Origin: an uncultured delta proteobacterium
GTDB lineage: Bacteria > Myxococcota > Myxococcia > Myxococcales > Anaeromyxobacteraceae
Length of the DNA stretch: 26,096 bases
Direction of reading: 5' to 3'
Assembly (NCBI GenBank): GCA_963828255.1
Contig: CAWHDZ010000024.1
Location: 1 to 26,096 of the forward strand
Shown piece by piece: positions 6,921 to 17,110 of the stretch. Position numbers and translations under genes: made by a program. Below the pieces are notes generated by a model. That model ran no database searches and was not told the DNA's origin. It saw only the letters and a program-made list of their open reading frames with translations. Numbering within the stretch: the stretch's first letter is position 1; each line of letters starts with the position of its first letter.

Positions 6921-8027
6921 CCAATCCCATCCGCAGGGCAATCGAAGCCGAGCGTTCCAGGGCATCCGTCCTGAACGCCTTCGGGCAGACTCAACAGGGC
7001 AGCCCCGGAGCGGCGCTCCAGGTGGTCCGCGACGAAATGTCCGAAGCTCTCGCCTACCGACTGGGCGGGGGCCTCCCCGAGACCGACGGCGCCATGCGCT
7101 TCGTGGGCATGTCCTTCGCCGATCAGGTCTCGGGGCTGCTCGCCCTCCGGGGCGTCTCGTGGAAGGGCCGCACGGAGATGGTCGAGCGCGGCATCACGAC
7201 CGGCGACGTCGGCGCGCTCCTCGAGGGCGCGGGCAACCGCGCGCTGCGCAAGGCGTACGAGTCCTACGCCGGCGGGCTCCAGGCCGTGACCGGGCGCGCT
7301 CCCTCGCGCGACTTCCGCGACGTGAAGCTGATCCAGATCGACGGGGACATCGCGCTCCAAGAGGTGCCGGAAGGCGCCCCGTTCTCCTACGGCTCGCTGC
7401 AAGCGTCGGCCGAGACCTACTCGATCTCGACGTTCGGCCGCATCTTCTCGATCTCCCACACCCTGCTTCTCGACGACGATCTCGGCGCGTTCGCGAACCT
7501 GGCCGACCGTCTCGGACAGGCGGCGGCGGAATTCGTCTCGGGGAAGCTCGCGGCGCTCTTGGAGGCCAACGGGGGCCTGTCCGACGGGATCGCGCTGTTC
7601 CACGCCAGTCACGCCAACCTGGCCGGCGCGGCGCAGCTCTCCGAGGGATCGCTCGGCGATCTGATGAAGCTCATGCGCGCGCAGCTCGGCATCGGGGGCG
7701 AGCGGATCTCGGTCGCTCCTCTTCGGCCTGGTGGTCCCTGGCGCGCTGGAGGTGACGGCAAGAAAGATCGTCACTCAGCTCGGCAACCCGGCGCCGCTCG
7801 CGGTGGTGGTCGAGCCGCGGCTCACGTCGGCGACGGCGTTCTACCTCACCGCGGCGCCCGACTCCGGGCTCGGTCTCTCCTGCACGTTCCCCGGCGGCGA
7901 CGAGGCTCCCACCATCGAGCTGGGCCGGCGGTCGGGCTACCGCGGTCTCCAGGGCAAGGTGCGACTCGACTTCGGGTGCGGCGTCGCCAATCACCGCGGC
8001 CTCGTGAAGAACCCCGGCCTGGCCTGA
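6917..8027 (+). pseudogene. Major capsid protein (Mu gpT-like family, HK97 fold) split by a +1 frameshift at about 7721
   Basis: First frame has TTGD, RDF, VPEG, TFGRIFSIS, DDDLGAF, DGIALFHASHANL, MRAQ. The second frame (7722-8027) continues LVVPGALE, VVVEPRL, KVRLDFG, RGLVKNPG. Joined length is about 369 aa. Confidence 0.8.
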
Positions 8028-8030
8028 GTT

Positions 8031-8177
8031 GTGGTGCCCGTGTGGCGGGCAAAGGCTCCCGGCCTGGTCTCCGGGATGGCTCTCCGCAAGGTGAGCCAGG
8101 CTCGGTGGGGCTCTTTCGGCGCCCACACCTAGCCGCTGACGCGAGCTGCAGGGCTCGCGCCCGCCCACGGGTGCCAC
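8031..8177 (+). ncRNA. Candidate structured RNA, five-way junction
   Basis: 19-bp closing stem 8031-8050/8159-8177 (2 G-U, 1 bulge) enclosing four hairpins, one with a GCAA tetraloop; manual pairing only. Confidence 0.5.
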
Positions 8178-8314
8178 GTTGTCTTCACCGGCGCACCCCG
8201 CGCGCCAGTTCCATCCCGCCTGGCCTGGCGGTAGTGGGGGAAGGCCCGGAGGCCTCACGCGCGCCCGCCCGCCCGTGGGGCCTTCGTCTTTCTAGCGAGT
8301 GCTAGGGCGACCGC

Positions 8315-8477
8315 TGCCAACTGGCACCACCAGGTCGAGGCCGGCGCCCGTTGGAACGTGCTTCCAACGCGGGCGCGGTGCCCGAAGGCAAAGCCGGCCA
8401 CCTTAACCGGAGTGAACGCGCCTTAACTGGAGTGAACGGTGCTCACCTCGACACCGACGGCGTGGTGCCAGAAGGCA
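8315..8477 (+). ncRNA. Candidate structured RNA domain 2
   Basis: Perfect CTGGCACCAC/GTGGTGCCAG (8321-8330/8462-8471) and nested GTCGAGG/CCTCGAC (8334-8340/8446-8452) stems enclosing hairpins and a direct repeat. Confidence 0.45.
8401..8438. repeat. Tandem 18-bp direct repeat CCTTAACYGGAGTGAACG x2 (20-bp period)
   Basis: 8401-8418 and 8421-8438, one mismatch. Confidence 0.9.
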
Positions 8478-8544
8478 ACGCCCGGTTGGCGTGAGGCCAA
8501 GTCGAGGGCGGGAGTAGGCCGGTGGTAGACGTTCGCCGCGTCCG

Positions 8545-8880
8545 GTGGTAGCCGTCGGAGTGCCTCCGGCGGCCTGGCAGGCGAAGCGCACCGACCCCGA
8601 GGGGCTGAGCCCCGGCACGCCCATTTCCTGCGCGACCCTGCACGCCATCATCCCGGCGCGGTGCTGCGTGCTTCGCCAGCTCGTGAGCGAGCGGCAACGG
8701 ACGATCCAGGAGAGCCGCGGGCAAGGGGGCGAGTTCCCGACCTGCACCGAGCGGTGCGACCAGGGAGTCGCGGTGCGTGGGGCGCTGGCGGAGGGCTTCG
8801 CGCCGAAGGGGTGGAAGGGCGAGGGGCCAGGAGGGCGGTTCCTGCCGGCGCGGACCCGGTGGCTTAAGCCGCGGCGGTGA
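8545..8880 (+). CDS. Cys-rich hypothetical protein (5 Cys)
   Basis: ISCATLHAIIPARCCVLRQ...FPTCTERCDQG; GC3-rich codons; start uncertain. Confidence 0.55.
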   Translation: MVAVGVPPAAWQAKRTDPEGLSPGTPISCATLHAIIPARCCVLRQLVSERQRTIQESRGQGGEFPTCTERCDQGVAVRGALAEGFAPKGWKGEGPGGRFLPARTRWLKPRR

Positions 8881-9019
8881 CGCCGGAGGCCTCGCGCTGG
8901 TGCTGACACCAAGGGCGCGGGTAGGGTAGGGTCCGGTCCTCCTAGCACCTGAAAGGTGCTGGGGCGAGCACCACCACTCACGGCCGGCGTTGACATTCAC
9001 CCGGAGCGGAAAAGGCCCA

Positions 9020-9040
9020 TACCCCACTTGTACCCCACTT
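9020..9040. repeat. Tandem TACCCCACTT x2, putative integrase arm-type sites near the element end
   Basis: 9020-9029 and 9031-9040; 11-bp period; about 120 bp before the first host gene. Confidence 0.6.
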
Positions 9041-9160
9041 CACGGGAGCCAAGGGGGGCAGGGGGGACACGAATCCCTAACGAAACGCTGCATTTCACAG
9101 GCAGAGAACCCCTAGATTCTGGCTCATAATGCTGCGGAACCCGCCAGGAGGCGTCATCGA

Positions 9161-9847
9161 ATGCGTCATCCCTTCAAGGTCCTCGTCGCCTCGTTCGCCC
9201 TCGCGGTCGCCGCGCCGGCCATGGCGCAGTACGTCTTCCAGGAGGAGTGGCAGAAGCAGAAGGAGAGGGAGGCGCTGGCGCGGATGCCGGCGCAGCCGGT
9301 TCTGCCGTACCCGACCTGGAACAACGTCCTGCGGGTGAACCTGGGCGTGAGCTTCTTCTACTCGGAGTACTACAACTGCTCCTTCTGGGGCGGGTTCTAC
9401 CCCACCGTCAGCTGCGGCGGGGGCGCCTGGGTGAGCTACATCCCGTTCACGGTGGGTCCGCAGGTGGACATCAACCTGCAGGGGATGCACAACCTCAGCG
9501 TCGGGTTCAACGTCTTCCTGGGCAGCGCCACGGGAACCATCTTCACGTCGGGCTTGAGCGCCCAGAGCGTGACGCGGAGCGTGACCATCTGGGAGCCCAC
9601 CGTCGACTACGTCGCCAAGCTCGGCCTGCCGTCACGGGGCACGGTCGGCCGGTTCCGCGTGGGCGGCGGAATGTACATCGGCCCGAACGCGGAGCTGGGC
9701 GCAGCCTTCCGGATCGGCGGCGGCGCCTCGTTCTTCAACGCGAGCCGCCTCGGGCTCGGCCTCGACCTGGTCATCGAGGGCGGCGTCTACCGGGGCTACT
9801 GGATGGGCGGCCTGCAGCTGGTGGCTTCGCCCGAGTTCCGTTTCTAG
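9161..9847 (+). CDS. Exported protein, probable outer-membrane beta-barrel
   Basis: AGGAGG RBS; signal peptide ending AMA-Q; amphipathic Gly/aromatic strands; terminal Phe (SPEFRF). Confidence 0.7.
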   Translation: MRHPFKVLVASFALAVAAPAMAQYVFQEEWQKQKEREALARMPAQPVLPYPTWNNVLRVNLGVSFFYSEYYNCSFWGGFYPTVSCGGGAWVSYIPFTVGPQVDINLQGMHNLSVGFNVFLGSATGTIFTSGLSAQSVTRSVTIWEPTVDYVAKLGLPSRGTVGRFRVGGGMYIGPNAELGAAFRIGGGASFFNASRLGLGLDLVIEGGVYRGYWMGGLQLVASPEFRF

Positions 9848-9914
9848 CCTTCCGCGCGGGGTCTTTGGGGTCCTGGGCGCACGCCGGGCGCCCCCGCGGG
9901 CGTATGGTGCACCC

Positions 9915-10751
9915 ATGGTGCTCCCGATCCTCGGCGCTGTCCTCGGCCTCTCCCTGGCCTCGTCTCTCGCGCAGGCGCCCGGACCGTCGGCCCCTCCTCC
10001 ACCGGCGCCGGTGACGACGCCCGTATCGGGGGTGGACCTGACGGCCCTGAAGGTGAACTGGGCCGTCGACGGGACGATCACCGGTGTCACCCTTGCGGTC
10101 TGGGTGCTGCCCGAGTTCTTCAAGTCGTCGCTGGTGCCCGACACGGCGCGCTGGATCACCCCGCCCGGCATCGACGTCAGCGTGCGCACGGCCCTCGTCT
10201 GGTCCAATCCGACGCCGGCCGCGCTCACCTCGGACGTCCTGGTGGCTGCGATCCCGCTTGGCCTGGGGCTCTGGAGTTTCCTCGAGGCGAATGCCGCGGG
10301 AGGCCTCGGCACCGCGGCCGAAGATCTCATGGTGATCACCCAGGCGATGACGGTGGCCGGCGCCCTCACGACGGTGGTGCGGTACACCTCCGTGCGGATG
10401 CGCCCCTTTGCCTACTACGGGGAGGGCACCGGGGTGCCCGAGGACCGGCTCTCCTTCTGGTCGGGGCACACCACCACCGCCTTCTCGGCGGCTGCCTCCG
10501 CCGGATACGTGGCGCAGGTGCGCGGCTACGGCAGCTGGCCGTGGGTCTACGCCGTCGGCTTCACGGCCGCCTCGGCTGTGTCCTATCTCCGCGTGGCCGG
10601 CGACAAGCACTGGATGACCGACGTCCTCGTCGGGGCGGTGGTCGGGACCGGGGTCGGCTTTTTGGTGCCCTGGCTCCACCGCAGCAATCCCGGACTGAGC
10701 CTGCGGGTGGTTCCGCTCTCTCAGGGGCTGGCCGTCGCCGGGCGATTCTAG
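9915..10751 (+). CDS. PAP2-family membrane phosphatase
   Basis: Motifs RMRP, SFWSGH, RVAGDKHWMTDV; signal peptide and TM helices. Confidence 0.9.
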   Translation: MVLPILGAVLGLSLASSLAQAPGPSAPPPPAPVTTPVSGVDLTALKVNWAVDGTITGVTLAVWVLPEFFKSSLVPDTARWITPPGIDVSVRTALVWSNPTPAALTSDVLVAAIPLGLGLWSFLEANAAGGLGTAAEDLMVITQAMTVAGALTTVVRYTSVRMRPFAYYGEGTGVPEDRLSFWSGHTTTAFSAAASAGYVAQVRGYGSWPWVYAVGFTAASAVSYLRVAGDKHWMTDVLVGAVVGTGVGFLVPWLHRSNPGLSLRVVPLSQGLAVAGRF

Positions 10752-10841
10752 GGAAGCGGTGAGGTGAAGCCCCCTTTCCTTTTTCGTTTCGGTGCGATAC
10801 CCACGATCTCCGCTCGAGGATGAACCGATCTGGAGGTCGTG

Positions 10842-12614
<1,773 letters not shown>

Positions 12615-12633
12615 TGAGGGGACCGGGGCGCCG

Positions 12634-13380
12634 TTGAGCCGCCACTGGACCGACGACTACTACGGCGACCTCTACTACGAGTCGGTGGCGGACCTCCTCA
12701 CGGCCCGCATGTCCGGGTTCGAGGCGGGGGTCCTCCGGCGCCTGCTCGCGCTCGGCCCCCGGGACCGGGTCCTCGACCTCGCCTGCGGCCACGGCCGCCA
12801 CGCCCGGGCGCTCTCGCCCGAGGTGGGGCTGCTCGTGGGCATGGACCGCAACCCGGATTATCTGGCGCGGGCCCGCCACTCGGGGGCGGCGCTGGTCCAG
12901 GGCGACCTGCGCGCGCTTCCCTTCCGGCCGGGAAGCCTCGACGCGCTCTACTCCTGGTATTCGTCCCTCTTCATGTACGAGGACGAGGAGAACGCCCGCT
13001 GCCTGGCCGCTGCGGTGGCGCTGCTCCGCCCGGGGGGCCGGATCGTGGTGCACCACGACAATCCTTCACGGCTCCGGCGCCAGCCGGAGCAGGCCGTCGA
13101 ATGGGAAAGGCCTGGAGGGGGCAGGGTCGAGGAGCGCTCGGTGTACGATCCCGCCACCGGACGCGATTCCTGCACGCGCCGCGTCATCCGGGCCGACGGC
13201 TCGGTGCTGGCGGGAGTGGCCCATTTGCGGTACTACACACCGGAGGAGTGGGAAGGACTCGCCGGTCGATGCGGCCTCGATCTCCTCGGCATCACCAGCA
13301 CCTGGCAGGCGGACCGACCGGCGGAACGCCTCGACGACGACGCTCCGGATCTCATCGCCATCGGGAGAAGGTCAGCATGA
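12634..13380 (+). CDS. Class I SAM-dependent methyltransferase
   Basis: [29 protein letters not shown] start after GAGGGG. Confidence 0.9.
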   Translation: MSRHWTDDYYGDLYYESVADLLTARMSGFEAGVLRRLLALGPRDRVLDLACGHGRHARALSPEVGLLVGMDRNPDYLARARHSGAALVQGDLRALPFRPGSLDALYSWYSSLFMYEDEENARCLAAAVALLRPGGRIVVHHDNPSRLRRQPEQAVEWERPGGGRVEERSVYDPATGRDSCTRRVIRADGSVLAGVAHLRYYTPEEWEGLAGRCGLDLLGITSTWQADRPAERLDDDAPDLIAIGRRSA

Positions 13381-13799
13381 GCCAGAAGAACGAGCGAACC
13401 CTCCGCATCCTGGTCGCCAAGCCGGGCCTGGACGGCCACGACCGTGGCGCGAAGATCGTCGCGCGCGCCCTTCGGGACGCGGGCTTCGAGGTCATCTACA
13501 CGGGTCTCCACCAGACCCCGGACATGATCGCCGCGGCCGCCGTCCAGGAGGACGTGGACGGGGTGGGGCTCTCCATCATGTCGGGAGCGCACCTGACGCT
13601 CTTCCCGGCGGTGGTGGACGCCCTGAAGCAGCGGGGGTGCAGCGACGTGACGGTCTTCGGCGGGGGGATCATCCCGCAGGACGACATCCCGAAGCTCCGG
13701 GAGTCCGGCGTCTCGCAGGTCTTCCTGCCCGGGACCACCACGCAGTCCATCGTCGACTGGATCCGCGGCAACGTGAAGCCGCGCGCCGAGGTCGCCTAG
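13377..13799 (+). CDS. icmB: Acyl-CoA mutase small cobalamin-binding subunit
   Basis: [10 protein letters not shown] (DxHxxG), SIMSGAH, GGGIIP; ATGA overlap. Confidence 0.9.
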   Translation: MSQKNERTLRILVAKPGLDGHDRGAKIVARALRDAGFEVIYTGLHQTPDMIAAAAVQEDVDGVGLSIMSGAHLTLFPAVVDALKQRGCSDVTVFGGGIIPQDDIPKLRESGVSQVFLPGTTTQSIVDWIRGNVKPRAEVA

Positions 13800-13817
13800 C
13801 ACCTCGTGCCGGGGCAC

Positions 13818-14759
13818 ATGGCGACACGCATCACCGTCTACGAGGTCGGTCCGCGAGACGGGCTCCAGAACGAGGCGCGCGTCGTTCCCACCGACGGCAA
13901 GCTCGCGCTCGTCGCCGCCCTGGTGGACTCCGGCCTCACCCGGATCGAGGCCACGAGCTTCGTCTCCCCGAGGTGGATCCCGGCCCTGGCCGACTCGGAG
14001 GAACTGGTCGAGCGGCTCCCGGCCCGGCCCGGCGTGCAGTACGTCGCGCTCGTCCCCAACGGCAAGGGGCTCGAGCGGCTGCTCGCGGCGCGCGGCAAGG
14101 CCCGCCCGGCGGCGCACGTCGACGCCGCAGTCTTCCTCTCCGCGTCGGAGACCCACAACCGGAAGAACGTGAACAAGGGCATCGAGGAGACCCTCCAGGC
14201 GTTCGACGAGGTGGTGGGGCCGGCGCTCGCCGCGGGGCTGCGCGTCCGCGGCTATGTCTCCACCGCCTGGGGCTGCCCCTACGAGGGACGGGTGGACCCG
14301 CACCGGGTCGCGGAGATCGCGGAACGGCTGCTGTCGATGGGCTGCTTTCAGGTGTCGCTCGGCGACACCATCGGCGTGGGCACGCCAAACCAGACCCGCG
14401 ACATCGTGGGGCTCCTGTCCTCACGGGCTCGCCCCGGCTCCATCGCCCTCCACCTGCACGACACGCGGGGCACCGCGCTCGCCAACGTGCTCGCCGGCCT
14501 CGATGCCGGCATCACCACCTTCGACGCCTCGGTGGGCGGGCTGGGCGGCTGCCCCTACGCGCCGGGGGCCTCGGGCAACCTCGCCACCGAGGACCTGGTC
14601 TACATGCTCCAGGGAATGGGGCACGAGACCGGCGTCGACCTCGGGAAGCTGGTGTCGGCCGGCGCGCTCGCCCAGGAACTGGTGGGGCGCAAGCTGCCCG
14701 GCAAGACCCTGCAGGCGGAGCTCTCCACCCGGGCGCGCGCCGCGGAGGGCAGGGCATGA
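13818..14759 (+). CDS. liuE: Hydroxymethylglutaryl-CoA lyase
   Basis: [38 protein letters not shown]; alternative start GTG 13806. Confidence 0.92.
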   Translation: MATRITVYEVGPRDGLQNEARVVPTDGKLALVAALVDSGLTRIEATSFVSPRWIPALADSEELVERLPARPGVQYVALVPNGKGLERLLAARGKARPAAHVDAAVFLSASETHNRKNVNKGIEETLQAFDEVVGPALAAGLRVRGYVSTAWGCPYEGRVDPHRVAEIAERLLSMGCFQVSLGDTIGVGTPNQTRDIVGLLSSRARPGSIALHLHDTRGTALANVLAGLDAGITTFDASVGGLGGCPYAPGASGNLATEDLVYMLQGMGHETGVDLGKLVSAGALAQELVGRKLPGKTLQAELSTRARAAEGRA

Positions 14760-15538
14760 GCGGTCGCGCGTGGGCGGTGGAGCGGCTGGATGGAGTCGAG
14801 ATCTGGACCATCGACGGGGAGGCGCGCCGCAACGCCCTGTCGCGGGCCATGATCCGCGAGCTGCTCGAGAACCTGTCCCGCGTCCGCGACGACCGGGCCG
14901 TGCGCTGCGTCGTGCTGACCGGCACGGGGGACAGGGCCTTCTGCGCCGGCGCCGACCTGAAGGAGCGGGCCGGCATGTCCGCCGACGAGGTGCACCATTT
15001 CCACCGCTCGCTGCGCGACGCCTTCCGGGGGATCGAATCGGCGCCGCAGGCCTTCCTGGCGGCGATGAACGGCGTGGCGCTGGGCGGAGGGCTCGAGCTC
15101 GCGCTCGCCTGCGACCTGCGGATCGCGGTGGACGGCGCCGAGATGGGGCTCCCCGAGGTCGGGCTGGGCATCATCCCGGGGGGCGGCGGCACCGTGCGGC
15201 TCCCGCGGGCCATCGGCGTGGCCCGGGCCAAGGAGCTCATCCTCACCGGGCGGCGCGTCGGCGGGGCCGAGGCCCTCGCCATGGGTCTCGTCTCCCGGGT
15301 CGCACCGGCAGGCAAGCTCCGGGACGTGGCGCTGGAGCTGGCCGGCCTCGTGGCCCGCAACGCACCGGTCTCGATCCGCCAGGCCAAGCGCGCCATCGAC
15401 GGCGGGCTCCACCTCGACCTCGACCTCGCGCTGGACCACGAGAACGCGATGTACCAGGACTGCCTCACGACCAGGGACCGGGTGGAGGCGCTGCGCGCCT
15501 TCGCCGAGAAGCGCAAGCCGGTCTTCACCGGAGAATGA
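14756..15538 (+). CDS. liuC: Enoyl-CoA hydratase family, probable methylglutaconyl-CoA hydratase
   Basis: [40 protein letters not shown] overlap; gene context. Confidence 0.85.
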   Translation: MSGRAWAVERLDGVEIWTIDGEARRNALSRAMIRELLENLSRVRDDRAVRCVVLTGTGDRAFCAGADLKERAGMSADEVHHFHRSLRDAFRGIESAPQAFLAAMNGVALGGGLELALACDLRIAVDGAEMGLPEVGLGIIPGGGGTVRLPRAIGVARAKELILTGRRVGGAEALAMGLVSRVAPAGKLRDVALELAGLVARNAPVSIRQAKRAIDGGLHLDLDLALDHENAMYQDCLTTRDRVEALRAFAEKRKPVFTGE

Positions 15539-15548
15539 CGGAGAGCAA

Positions 15549-17099
15549 ATGGCCAGCGACGGGACGCCGATGACGCCCGAAGTGCGCATCGAGCGGGAGC
15601 TCGCCCGGGTGCGCAAGGGCGGCGCCGAGAAGTACCACCAGAAGAACGCAGAGGCCGGGAAGCTCTTCGCACGGGAGCGGCTGCGGCTGCTGCTCGACGA
15701 GGGCTCCTTCATGGAGGACGGCGCGCTGGCCAACGCCCAGGATCCGGAGCTCCCCGCCGACGGCGTGGTGACCGGCCTGGGCACCATCGACGGGCGCCCG
15801 GTGGCGGTGATGGCCAACGACTCCACCGTCAAGGCCGGCAGCTGGGGCTTCCGGACGGTGGAGAAGATCATCCGCATCCAGGAGGTGGCCGCCCGCGAGC
15901 GGGTGCCGCTCTTCTACCTGGTGGACTCGGCCGGGGCGCGCATCACCGACCAGATCGAGATGTTCCCGGGGCGGCGCGGCGCCGGGCGCATCTTCCACAA
16001 CGAGGTCCACCTCTCCGGCGTGGTCCCGCAGATCTGCCTGCTCTTCGGACCTTCGGCGGCCGGGGGGGCCTACATCCCGGCCTTCTGCGACGTCGTCTTC
16101 ATGGTGAACGGCAACGCCTCCATGTACCTGGGCTCGCCGCGCATGGCCGAGATGGTCATCGGCGAGAAGGTGTCGCTCGAGGAGATGGGCGGGGCCCGCA
16201 TGCACTGCTCGGTCTCGGGCTGCGGCGACGTCCTCTGCCAGACCGAGGAGGAGGCCATCCGGGAGGCCCGCCGCTACTTCACCTTCTTCCCGCGCAGCTT
16301 CCGGGAACTGCCGCCCATCACGCCTCCGCGCCCGCCGCGGGTGGACCCGGCCAGGATCCCCGACATCGTCCCCAGCGACCAGAACCGGGCCTTCGACATC
16401 CTGCAGCTCGTGGACGCGCTGGTGGACGAGGGCTCCTTCTTCGAGGTGAAGAAGCTCTTCGCCGGCGAGCTCGTCACCGGCCTGGCCCGCATCGAGGGGC
16501 GTCCGGTGGGCATCGTCGCCAACCAGCCCAAGGTGAAGGGCGGGGTCCTCTTCGTGGACTCCGCCGACAAGGCCACCCGCTTCATCTGGCTCTGCGACGC
16601 CTTCAACATCCCGCTCCTCTACCTCTCCGACGTTCCCGGCTTCATGATCGGCACCAAGGTCGAGCGGGCCGGCATCATCCGCTCCGGGGCCAAGATGATC
16701 AGCGCGGTCTCCGAGGCCACCGTGCCGCGGGTCTGCGTGGTGGTGCGCAAGGCCTACGGCGCCGGGCTCTACGCCATGGACGGCCCGGGCTTCGCCCCCT
16801 CGGCGACCCTGGCGCTTCCCCAGGCGATGATCGCGGTGATGGGGCCGGAGGCCGCGGTGAACGCGGTCTACTTCAACAAGATCCAGGAGAAGCCCGAGGC
16901 GGAGCGCCCGGCCTTCGTGCAGGCCCTGCGCGACGAGTACAGGCGGGACATCGACATCGAGAAGCTGGCCAGCGAGCTCATCATCGACGCGGTGATCCCC
17001 GGCGCCGAGCTGCGCCACGAGCTGGCCCGCCGCTTCCACTACCACTCCCTCGGCTACGAGCCGCCTGCGACCCGCAAGCGCGCCGTCCTCCCCGTCTGA
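15549..17099 (+). CDS. Acyl-CoA carboxylase carboxyltransferase (beta) subunit, probably 3-methylcrotonyl-CoA carboxylase
   Basis: [40 protein letters not shown]. Confidence 0.9.
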   Translation: MASDGTPMTPEVRIERELARVRKGGAEKYHQKNAEAGKLFARERLRLLLDEGSFMEDGALANAQDPELPADGVVTGLGTIDGRPVAVMANDSTVKAGSWGFRTVEKIIRIQEVAARERVPLFYLVDSAGARITDQIEMFPGRRGAGRIFHNEVHLSGVVPQICLLFGPSAAGGAYIPAFCDVVFMVNGNASMYLGSPRMAEMVIGEKVSLEEMGGARMHCSVSGCGDVLCQTEEEAIREARRYFTFFPRSFRELPPITPPRPPRVDPARIPDIVPSDQNRAFDILQLVDALVDEGSFFEVKKLFAGELVTGLARIEGRPVGIVANQPKVKGGVLFVDSADKATRFIWLCDAFNIPLLYLSDVPGFMIGTKVERAGIIRSGAKMISAVSEATVPRVCVVVRKAYGAGLYAMDGPGFAPSATLALPQAMIAVMGPEAAVNAVYFNKIQEKPEAERPAFVQALRDEYRRDIDIEKLASELIIDAVIPGAELRHELARRFHYHSLGYEPPATRKRAVLPV

Positions 17100-17110
17100 C
17101 CGGAGCATCC

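Larger units (their letters stand above)
1..9125 (+). mobile_element. Integrated phage satellite / PICI-like element (right part; left end and integrase outside window)
   Basis: Order HTH, primase-helicase, iterons, cos-like site, Nu1-like TerS, lone capsid; many short ORFs coupled by ATGA/GTGA overlaps; tandem TACCCCACTT repeats near the end; abrupt switch to housekeeping genes at 9161. Right boundary is approximate. Confidence 0.75.

Noticed and set aside
7721..8305. C-terminal part of the 462-aa track ORF as real capsid sequence
   Set aside because: Capsid motifs continue in the +1 frame; this tail is Arg/Pro/Gly-rich off-frame translation.
8401..8438. CRISPR-like array
   Set aside because: Only two copies with a 2-bp spacer; no cas genes in the window.
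8990..9020. Perfect TTGACA -35 box
   Set aside because: No credible -10 box at 16-18 bp spacing.
9110..9135. tRNA remnant (GGCTCATAA like the Met anticodon loop; AGATTCTGGCTC like a Gln arm) or dif-like site
   Set aside because: No T-arm, acceptor stem or XerD half-site follows.
10751..10790. Rho-independent terminator after the PAP2 gene
   Set aside because: A T-rich tract is present but the stem is weak and irregular.
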